Of a DNA stretch of 32,000 bases, positions 17,082 through 23,573 are shown piece by piece. The translations under genes and the position numbers were made by a program. Within the stretch, counting starts at the first letter, position 1. Each line of letters starts with the position of its first letter. This DNA is from an uncultured Nitrososphaerota archaeon (lineage in GTDB: Archaea > Korarchaeota > Korarchaeia > Korarchaeales > Korarchaeaceae): NCBI GenBank assembly GCA_964480775.1, contig CAYZRF010000001.1, forward strand, positions 113,462 through 145,461, given 5' to 3'. The notes below the pieces were generated by a model that was not told the origin of the DNA, searched no databases, and was given only the letters and a program-made list of their open reading frames with translations.

Positions 17082-17974
17082 ATGTTGCCAGTTTCAAAAA
17101 GAAACATAGCTCTCAGTGAAGCTCTTCTCACAACATTTCTCTGGTCTTCTTCTTATATCCTAATTAAGCGTGGTCTAGTAATAATCAGTCCTCTTCTATT
17201 TGCTGGTAGTAGGTACTTTCTCGCCTTTCTTTGCCTATTGGCTGTTTTTCTCCTAACTAAGAGGAATTTACCAGCAATAAAAAGGAAGAAATGGGTTAAC
17301 CTCGCATTTTTAGGCCTTTCAGGATATGCAGGAATGCCTGCGTTCCAGTTCTTAGGTTTACTTTATCTTGGAGCGACTGATTCAGCATTCATCTCAAATT
17401 TCAATCCGCTATTGTGGCCCTCATTTCTTGGATCGTAAAAAAGAGGTCTCCTGGAAAAACGCAGTGGGTAGGATTTATTCTCTCGGTAGTTGGTGCAACC
17501 ATCTACTTTCTCCCAGAAATAGGGCTTAGATCAATGGATAAAGCTCTAGGTATGATATTCACCGCCATATCTGGTCTCTTTTGGGGAGTTTACATGGTGT
17601 TAGTTGAAAAAAGAAATTCTGAAGGATTGGACTCTCTCACAAGAACTACCATCTCAATGGGCTTAGGAAGCGCTCCACTTCTCCTCCTTTCCTTTGTAAT
17701 TGAAGGTACAGGGCTTGTAAAATCATCTTGGATATACATAGTGTGGTTAGGGGTAGTGAACACAGCGTTAGCCTTCACTTTGTGGATTCATTCTCTTGAG
17801 GAGCTAAGAGCATTTGAAACAGCAGTTTTGCAGAACACCATGCTAATTCAAATAGCTTTGCTCTCTATGCTATTTTTGGGCGAAACGTCTTCATCAAACA
17901 AGATAATTGGAATGATACTTGTACTTACAGGAGCTATTTTGGCCCAAAGGAGAATCAAAAACGACTCACAATAA
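17082..17974 (+). pseudogene. EamA/DMT-family transporter split into two ORFs (17082-17438 and 17414-17974) by a -1 frame change: pseudogene, sequencing indel, or programmed -1 frameshift
   Basis: The two ORFs (118 aa and 186 aa) together give the ~297-aa, ~10-TM architecture of EamA transporters. The second ORF is in the -1 frame relative to the first. The region where both frames are open is 17381-17435. Confidence 0.65.
17396..17402 (+). other. candidate -1 slippery heptamer A_AAT_TTC in the zero frame of the upstream EamA ORF
   Basis: The zero-frame codons are tcA AAT TTC (17394-17402). A slip to AAA TTT continues as CAA TCC GCT ATT GTG GCC CTC..., i.e. QSAIVALISWIVKK..., which is the downstream ORF's frame. 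Confidence 0.3.
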
Positions 17975-18007
17975 ATAAAAGGGACTTCACGAGATATTCC
18001 GAAAATA

Positions 18008-18697
18008 TCATCCACGCTCCATTAAAGGGACTATCCTCTCGAGTACATAGTTAATGAATGTCTCCTCATCTATCTTACTAAAAATGGTCACGACGCAGTT
18101 TCTGGTAAGTCCAACAACCAACCCATATTTCTTGTCCTCGAATACGACATACCAAATTTTCCCATGCTTGAGGTATTCATGGTATAAGGTGGTATCCTGG
18201 AGAGCGTTTCCATAAAGGGCCAACTTGTTTATATTTGGCAGATCGACCTGATCGAAGTAGATAACTTTAGTAGCCTCTGGATTGGATTCGTGTAACTCTT
18301 TTAGGGTCTCATGAGTTATCTTTGCCTCTACCACAGCCCCAGGTCCAGGAATAATTATCTCACCTAGCTTTGAGGCTATGTTGTTTGCTATTCTCCACTT
18401 TTCAACGACGAAAAGAAGCGTCGTTCTTTCATTCTCTGTGAAGAAAAAACCTGACTCTCTTGTAAATAAGTTGTATCTTTGTTCTCCCCTATAGGTGGTC
18501 GGAATTACCTTATCTTCAGAGTATATTCCCCACAAAAGATCTTTCCTAAAGTCAAGTTCTCTTATTTCACTCATCAGCTTTATTTCTTGTTCTCCATATT
18601 CTTCTACTCTTTCCATTTTCCAATCTTTTAGCTTTTCAGCAATAAGTTCTAATGGAATCCTCTCCTCAAGCTTGAAAAGCTTGCCTGCTAAAACCAT
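18008..18697 (-). CDS. hypothetical protein (about 229 aa), divergent from the SMC-like gene
   Basis: Long ORF with no recognisable motif. The track start at 18700 is TTG, and the adjacent ATG at 18697 is more likely. Confidence 0.5.
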   Translation of the reverse strand: MVLAGKLFKLEERIPLELIAEKLKDWKMERVEEYGEQEIKLMSEIRELDFRKDLLWGIYSEDKVIPTTYRGEQRYNLFTRESGFFFTENERTTLLFVVEKWRIANNIASKLGEIIIPGPGAVVEAKITHETLKELHESNPEATKVIYFDQVDLPNINKLALYGNALQDTTLYHEYLKHGKIWYVVFEDKKYGLVVGLTRNCVVTIFSKIDEETFINYVLERIVPLMERG

Positions 18698-18700
18698 CAA

Positions 18701-18738
18701 CGTAGGAATTCACAGATAATATTAAACAATATCCTACG
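18701..18738 (-). promoter_or_regulatory. perfect 7-bp inverted repeat (CGTAGGA / TCCTACG) bracketing an AT-rich TATA-like box immediately upstream of the 18008-18697 gene
   Basis: CGTAGGA at 18701-18707 and TCCTACG at 18732-18738. The 24-nt spacer contains, on the minus strand, TTTAATATTA about 20-30 nt upstream of ATG 18697. A third similar half-site, CGTAAGG, lies at about 18741. Confidence 0.3.
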
Positions 18739-19000
18739 AACGTAAGGCTTTGTCCACCAGCTTTTTTGGATGTATATGTTTTAAAACCCATAGAAATAAA
18801 CTTTCTTAATTCTAAGGTCTACATGGCGATCAAAGCTAAATGAAGAGCTTAATTGAAGAAAACATGTTCATACAGAGGATAATGGTAAAAAGGGAAGGAA
18901 CTAGCGAAATAGTTAGTAGCTTAAACCTGCAAATTCTTTTTAGGTCAGCATATACCCATGTCTTCCAAGGTAGGAGGACGGATTATCAAGGAGACCAGCA

Positions 19001-20815
19001 ATGCCATCAACTTACATCAAGGAAGTCGTGCTAGAGGACTTCATGTCCTACGAGTATTCTAGAGTACCTCTTAAACCAGGTCTTAATATAATAACAGGGC
19101 CTAATGGGGCCGGAAAGTCCTCGATAATACTAGGAATAGCCGTAGCGATGGGTCAAACATATACTGAGAGGTCTAGAAGGCTTAGGGATCTTATTAGAAG
19201 AGGAAAAAACGTTGCTCGTGTTACAGTAGTGCTTGACAATAGGCCAGTCGATGGAAAGAGGCCAATTCCCTTTTCAAGAAAAGATGAGGTCAGGATATCT
19301 CGATATCTAAGGTCTGACGGTACTTACTGGTTTGAAATGGACTATAAACCAATAGACAAGGCAGAAGTTGTCTACAGATTATCTCGTCTTGGAATAAACC
19401 CTAACAACATGTTAATCATAATGCACCAAGGTATGGTAGGCGATTTCAGCCGTCTTTCTGCAGAAGATAGATTAAAACTCGTTGAAGAGGCGGCTGGTCT
19501 ACATGAATATCGAGAAAGGATCTTAGATGCTAGGAAAAAATTAGAGGAGATAGTTAGTGAAGAGGAATCTCTAAAGGATCTACTCTCAAAAAGCGAAAAA
19601 ACAATGAATTATTGGGAAGAACAATACAAAAGGCTTCTTGAGAAGAGAGAAATCAAAGAAAAGCTTAGGAGCCTAAGACAAGAACTTGCTTGGTCCAAGT
19701 GGTGTCTTCAACTTAAGAATGTGGAGAAAATAAGGAGTAGGATAGCTAAAAGAGAGTTAGAAGCTGATAAATGGAAAAATAAGCTCATTAAAGCTGAAAA
19801 AAAGGCTAAAAACGCAAGAAAAGTCCTAAAGAAGTCCTGGGAGTCCTTAGAGGATGCCTTTTTAGAGCTCTCTGTTGAAGAAAGGGCGCTAGGTAGGATA
19901 GAAGCATCGTCGAAAGAATCAATAAAGGACGCGATGAAAAGCGTTGAAACCGCTAGAGCAAAAGTTGAGGCACTAAAAGCCTCTTTCTTCAAGAAGCAGG
20001 AGGAGCTTATAGAAGCATCTGTTGAGAAAGCACTGAGCGATTTTAGGCTAAAGATGATACAGACAGAAATATCAAGACTTAGGAGAAAGTTATTGGAAGC
20101 AGAGCAAAAGCTTTCAGAACTAGAGAAAGAAGCGTTGAATATAGGTCCGAAGGTAGAGACCGAAAGATCTCCTGATGAAATAATACAAGAGATAAGATTT
20201 GCTTCAGCTAGACTTTCTAGCTTAACAGATGTATCTGACGAAACTGAACAGATGTACTTGAATTATACGAAAATGCTTGAAGAGCTAAGGGAAAAAGCAA
20301 GAATTCTTGCAGAGAATAAAAAAGCGGCTATTAGAGAGCTTGAAGAAAGGAGTAAATTATGGAGAAGAAGGCTAAGGGCTCTAATAGGTGAGGTAAACAA
20401 GACATTTAACGACATTTTAGAGAGACTTGATGCCAGAGGCGAAGTCAGACTCTCAGATTTAGAAGACGTCGAAAAGGCGGGCCTGAGAATCTTTGTAGGG
20501 TATAGAGGAGCTCCTCTTGCAGAGTTGGATCCCTTCACGCAGAGCGGAGGAGAAAGGAGTACTGCCATAATAGCTTTTCTCCTATCCCTTCAAAAACAAA
20601 TGAAGTCTCCTATAAGAGTAGTAGATGAGTTTGATGTTCATATGGATCCAGCCAACAGGGAGAGAATGTTCGAGCAAATATTTGAAATACTTAAAGAAGC
20701 TGGAGGACAGAGCATCTTTGCTACACCTAGAAGGCTAGTTGGATTAAAAGCGGGTACACACATAATCGTTGTCCAAAATGTTGAAGGAATCTCAAAGATA
20801 AGAGAAGTTAGCTAA
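19001..20815 (+). CDS. SMC-family ATPase, half-length and hinge-less (Smc5/6-like head motifs)
   Basis: N-head: YIKEVVLEDFMSYEYSRVPLKPGLNIITGPNGAGKSSIILGIAVAMG (Walker A), then IMHQGMVGDFSRLSAEDRLKLVEEAAGLHEY. C-head: GEVRL..GLRIFVGYRG..L..FTQSGGERSTAIIAFLLSLQ (signature motif, Q at 20540), PIRVVDEFDVHMDP (Walker B/D-loop), FATP. Between them lie about 285 residues of Glu/Lys/Leu-rich heptad-like sequence. I see no Gly-rich hinge domain and no CxxC zinc hook. AGGAG lies 7 nt before the ATG. Confidence 0.85.
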   Translation: MPSTYIKEVVLEDFMSYEYSRVPLKPGLNIITGPNGAGKSSIILGIAVAMGQTYTERSRRLRDLIRRGKNVARVTVVLDNRPVDGKRPIPFSRKDEVRISRYLRSDGTYWFEMDYKPIDKAEVVYRLSRLGINPNNMLIIMHQGMVGDFSRLSAEDRLKLVEEAAGLHEYRERILDARKKLEEIVSEEESLKDLLSKSEKTMNYWEEQYKRLLEKREIKEKLRSLRQELAWSKWCLQLKNVEKIRSRIAKRELEADKWKNKLIKAEKKAKNARKVLKKSWESLEDAFLELSVEERALGRIEASSKESIKDAMKSVETARAKVEALKASFFKKQEELIEASVEKALSDFRLKMIQTEISRLRRKLLEAEQKLSELEKEALNIGPKVETERSPDEIIQEIRFASARLSSLTDVSDETEQMYLNYTKMLEELREKARILAENKKAAIRELEERSKLWRRRLRALIGEVNKTFNDILERLDARGEVRLSDLEDVEKAGLRIFVGYRGAPLAELDPFTQSGGERSTAIIAFLLSLQKQMKSPIRVVDEFDVHMDPANRERMFEQIFEILKEAGGQSIFATPRRLVGLKAGTHIIVVQNVEGISKIREVS

Positions 20816-20914
20816 ACAAACAACCTTTTATGACATTCTATCCGCTTTGTGGAGAGTGAAAATTTGAAATAGAAACATATAAGATAACCTACTTAGATGA
20901 AAATCCCTCTAAAC

Positions 20915-20925
20915 TTTTATTTTTT
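20915..20925 (+). promoter_or_regulatory. TTTTATTTTTT element: TATA-like box for the Roadblock gene and/or oligo-T terminator of the SMC-like gene
   Basis: It lies 25-35 nt upstream of the Roadblock start (GTG 20950 / ATG 20959) and 100 nt downstream of the SMC-like stop. The two roles cannot be told apart from sequence. Confidence 0.25.
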
Positions 20926-20949
20926 CAACCATTACTCCAGTGGCCAAGG

Positions 20950-21327
20950 GTGACATTCATGTCCGTTTCAGGTTCTGACCTTAACTCTCTCTTAGAAGGA
21001 TGCGTAAAACGTACACCCGGAATGGAAGCAGTGGCTCTTGTAACTATGGATGGACTCATTATGGCATCATCGCTTCCATCTGGCTCTGGTGAAGAAAGGG
21101 TGGCAGCAATGTCTTCTGCCTTACTTAGTATTGCATCGAGAATAACTGAGGAGCTAGAAAAAGGAGAATTTCAAAGAGCTCTTGTGGCTGGTTCAGAAGG
21201 ATTCATCGTTTTGGTTCCATCTGGTGATAACTTTCTTCTAACCGCTGTATGTTCTAGGGATGCAAGGTTAGGTATGGTTCTTTTTGAAATAAACAAACTA
21301 GCAGAGTTTTTGTCTGAAAGGCAATAA
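20950..21327 (+). CDS. Roadblock/LC7 (MglB-like) domain protein
   Basis: 125 aa. GMEAVALVTMDGLIMASSLPSG..EERVAAMSSALLSIASRITEELEKGEFQRALVAGSEGFIVLVPSGDNFLLTAVCSRDARLGMVLFEI is the classic Robl_LC7 alpha-beta-alpha pattern. The start is GTG 20950 or ATG 20959. Confidence 0.8.
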   Translation: MTFMSVSGSDLNSLLEGCVKRTPGMEAVALVTMDGLIMASSLPSGSGEERVAAMSSALLSIASRITEELEKGEFQRALVAGSEGFIVLVPSGDNFLLTAVCSRDARLGMVLFEINKLAEFLSERQ

Positions 21328-21354
21328 CTTCATATGTAAAAAGATAACCCAAAG

Positions 21355-21363
21355 TTTTTTTTT
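21355..21363 (+). terminator. oligo-T (T9) tract, candidate archaeal intrinsic terminator after the Roadblock gene
   Basis: TTTTTTTTT begins 28 nt after the stop codon at 21325-21327. Archaeal RNAP is known to terminate at oligo-T tracts. Confidence 0.45.
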
Positions 21364-21445
21364 AAAACAAAAGTATTATCCCCACCTTGCCTTTTGAACA
21401 GAATTTGAAACTGAATTTCCTTAATTAGTTAAATTTGTATTTTGA

Positions 21446-21510
21446 TTTTTTATATGGGGTGGCTGTATCTTATAATTGTAATTGTAAGATTATCTATACT
21501 ATCTATCAAT
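21446..21510 (+). promoter_or_regulatory. candidate promoter/operator of the kleisin-kite operon
   Basis: TATA-like TTTTTATAT (21446-21454) and CTTATAATT (21469-21477). An imperfect 20-bp palindrome CTTATAATTGTAATTGTAAG (21469-21488, 16/20 self-complementary) contains tandem TAATTG TAATTG. A direct repeat ATCTATA/ATCTATC lies at 21492-21507. GAGG lies 8 nt before ATG 21530. Confidence 0.3.
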
Positions 21511-21529
21511 AGAAAGCGAGGCACGATAA

Positions 21530-22333
21530 ATGAAATCCAAACAAAAGAGAAGAAGAGAGATACTGCTTAGGATACTGGACTTATGCGAGAAGACCCTGAG
21601 AGAGGAGACAGATCCTTTTCAGGTCGATGTTGTTCAGCTATTTAAAAAATTAAGACAACTTCTCCCAGAACTCGAGACAGAAGAAGAACTTTACTTGGAC
21701 TTAGAGGCAGTCCTTGGTCTAACTTCAGTAATACTGAAGCAAGAGGAGTGGATCAGATATAGATCCTCTCTCATGTTTTTGGATCCACTTCTGGTTCTTC
21801 TAAAAATAGAGAAACTGGATGACAAAGATCTTGCTGATGTGCTTCGGAGGAGTTGGAGGCCAATCGTTGAGGCTAGAGGAGTCTCCCCCTTGTTTCTTGA
21901 AAGGGCTGTTGAATACTGGAGGACCCTTCCAGCCCTCGAAGAAAGAAAGTTGGAATTGATAGAAGAGAATGAGTCAACAGGAACTCTTTCTCTTTCAGAG
22001 CTAGCGGCTCTAGGATTCGCCTCTGAGGAGGAATTCTTGTCCTTTCTGGAAAGCGAAGAAAATAGACTAAAGAAAGAAGCCAAAAAGAGAGGAGGCGAGG
22101 TTCCATACTGGGAGTTTATTGGTGCAATAACCTTTGAAGAAACCATAAAAAGAGCCTATCTTGTAAGTTTTCTCTGTAGCTATGGAAAAGCTACAATAAG
22201 AAGAGATCCTCTCTCAGGCGAAATGTGGCTTGTTCCTTTGGAGAAACCACTAGGAACCAAGGTTTCCCTCGCAATACCTATAGATGAAGAAAGGTGGAAG
22301 AGAAATGTCAGAAGAGGCAGAGCTAAGAGCTAA
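21530..22333 (+). CDS. kleisin-like protein (ScpA / Nse4-type SMC-bridging subunit)
   Basis: The N-terminal DPFQVDVVQLFKKLRQLL...LEAVLGLTSVILKQEEWIR parallels the archaeal ScpA N-domain (DPW.IDIVEL.DKYL ... LLAASILL+.K as I recall it). The middle is acidic and linker-like. The C-terminal IKRAYLVSFLCSYGKATIRRDPLSGEMWLVP resembles the kleisin C-terminal winged helix that binds the SMC head cap. Confidence 0.6.
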   Translation: MKSKQKRRREILLRILDLCEKTLREETDPFQVDVVQLFKKLRQLLPELETEEELYLDLEAVLGLTSVILKQEEWIRYRSSLMFLDPLLVLLKIEKLDDKDLADVLRRSWRPIVEARGVSPLFLERAVEYWRTLPALEERKLELIEENESTGTLSLSELAALGFASEEEFLSFLESEENRLKKEAKKRGGEVPYWEFIGAITFEETIKRAYLVSFLCSYGKATIRRDPLSGEMWLVPLEKPLGTKVSLAIPIDEERWKRNVRRGRAKS

Positions 22334-22865
22334 GTTGAGAAGAGCAGCTCACATGCTCTTCTTTAGAACCCACTCTAAGCCAGGAGTGAAGGGCTGGGAG
22401 CTCAAGAAAGGTCTTGGAAGAAACTACCTTCAGGTAATAGACTTACTTAACAGGGAATTGGAGAAGATAGGTCTTAGGGTGGAAGCAATCTCACAGGAAG
22501 GAGAGAAACCGAAAGATGAGCAAGATCTTCTTTACAGTAGCTTCTTTGTTACCTTCAAGGATCCTCCAGACTGGCCAGAAATAAGAGGTTCAGGATGGAG
22601 AATAGATGAAATGGCTGCCTTAACGGCATGTCTCTCTTTAATCCTATCAAGGGGTGGTAAGGTAAGGAGGAAGGAGATAGATGAACTACTTGAGAAGAAA
22701 ATACCTTCATGGAGGGCTAGAGCCATAGTTGAGAGGTTCTTTAGAATGGGATACCTCTCCCTTGGTGAGGAAGACGAAGTCATTGTAGGTTGGAGGAGCA
22801 GAGTTGAGATAGATTTACAAAAACTCATGAGCCTACTTCTTGGCAAAGAGACAGAAAGCGCTTGA
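22305..22865 (+). CDS. tandem winged-helix 'kite'-type protein (ScpB / MAGE-Nse3-like)
   Basis: I prefer the start at ATG 22305, with GGTGG 7 nt upstream; the track's ATG at 22284 has no RBS. It overlaps the kleisin stop by 29 nt, implying translational coupling. WH-A: AAHMLFFRTHSKPGVKGWELKKGLGRNYLQVIDLLNRELEKIGLRVEAIS...LYSSFFVTF. WH-B: DEMAALTACLSLILSRGGKVRRKEIDELLEK..ARAIVERFFRMGYLSLGEEDEVIVGWRSRVEIDLQKLMSLL. This layout matches the MAGE homology domain, including a terminal W-G-x-R-x-x-x-E-like element. Confidence 0.55.
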   Translation: MSEEAELRAKLRRAAHMLFFRTHSKPGVKGWELKKGLGRNYLQVIDLLNRELEKIGLRVEAISQEGEKPKDEQDLLYSSFFVTFKDPPDWPEIRGSGWRIDEMAALTACLSLILSRGGKVRRKEIDELLEKKIPSWRARAIVERFFRMGYLSLGEEDEVIVGWRSRVEIDLQKLMSLLLGKETESA

Positions 22866-22928
22866 TCAATTTTGATACCATAAACTTATATCTCAACAGT
22901 TTCCTAAACTGACACAAAGGTGTAATTT

Positions 22929-23345
22929 GTGAGTTCTGGGATCTTGAAAACTGTAGGATCCTTTTTGGACCAAATGGGTGTTAAGTACGCCCTAGATGAA
23001 GAGAAAGGGCTAATCTTAAGCAACTGGTCCATAGAGGACAAGCCCTTTACCGTAGGCGTATGGGCTGCAGGTCCTTGGTTGATAATCAGAGGCTATATAC
23101 TTCCAAAATCAATGATTCCAGGAGAAAAAGAACTTAAACTTTACAAAGAACTGTTAAATACTCACTATATCTTAGCAGAGGTCAGATATGATATAGATGA
23201 GGAGGGAAACATAGGAACAACCCAATCAATCCCCTTAGAGGGCCTTAACATAAGCAACTTTCAATCAGAATTTAATGCAGTTCTCTATGCAATTAAGTTC
23301 TTTCTAACAGATATAGCCGGGAAACTAGGTATAGAAATAAGTTAA
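22929..23345 (+). CDS. YbjN-like (T3SS-chaperone-like fold) protein, tentative
   Basis: 138 aa, GTG start with AAGGTG 7 nt upstream. The layout FLDQMGVKYALDEEKG..., FTVGVWAAGPWLIIRGYI, LYKELLNTHYILAEVRYDIDEEGNI resembles YbjN/DUF-type 'sensory transduction regulator' domains. Assignment by eye only. Confidence 0.4.
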   Translation: MSSGILKTVGSFLDQMGVKYALDEEKGLILSNWSIEDKPFTVGVWAAGPWLIIRGYILPKSMIPGEKELKLYKELLNTHYILAEVRYDIDEEGNIGTTQSIPLEGLNISNFQSEFNAVLYAIKFFLTDIAGKLGIEIS

Positions 23346-23573
23346 GAGCGTATGAATTGGTTATATACGATTAGATCAAAAAGATCAGGAATGTATACAA
23401 TAACCCGGGCCACTTATGTTTAACATAGTTAATTCAAATCATCAAAAATCCTCTGACCCCATGCAACGGAGGCTGAACTCCTCTTAAAGTATGAAAAGAA
23501 ATGTAATCCCTTCTCAAAAACTTCAACGTGAAGCTTAATTTATTTTTAGGTAGTTAAATGGTAGGGGTTGTAG

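Noticed and set aside
18840-19034. 64-aa ORF in the intergenic region, overlapping the SMC-like start codon.
   Set aside because: It has no RBS and an odd composition, and it would overlap the well-supported ATG/AGGAG start of the SMC-like gene. It probably lies in non-coding 5' region.
19001-20815. Reading the 604-aa ATPase as Rad50 or as RecN/SbcC.
   Set aside because: It has no CxxC zinc hook (one Cys in the whole protein) and no Mre11/HerA/NurA or SbcD neighbour. It is instead adjacent to kleisin-like and kite-like genes, and its head motifs resemble SMC proper. RecN-like tip dimerisation remains possible as a mechanism but not as an orthology call.
19708-22846. Antisense ORFs inside the SMC-like, kleisin and kite genes (19708-19992, 20263-20568, 21691-22146, 21873-22106, 22532-22846).
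   Set aside because: Ser/Leu/Phe-rich translations are the expected reverse-complement shadow of Glu/Lys/Leu-rich coiled-coil coding sequence. There is no independent support.
19001-23345. Reading the cluster as a Wadjet (JetABCD) anti-plasmid system.
   Set aside because: No Toprim/JetD-like nuclease gene is present in or next to the cluster. The gene order differs from jetABCD, and the ATPase is far shorter than JetC. A defence role is not excluded, but it cannot be called Wadjet.
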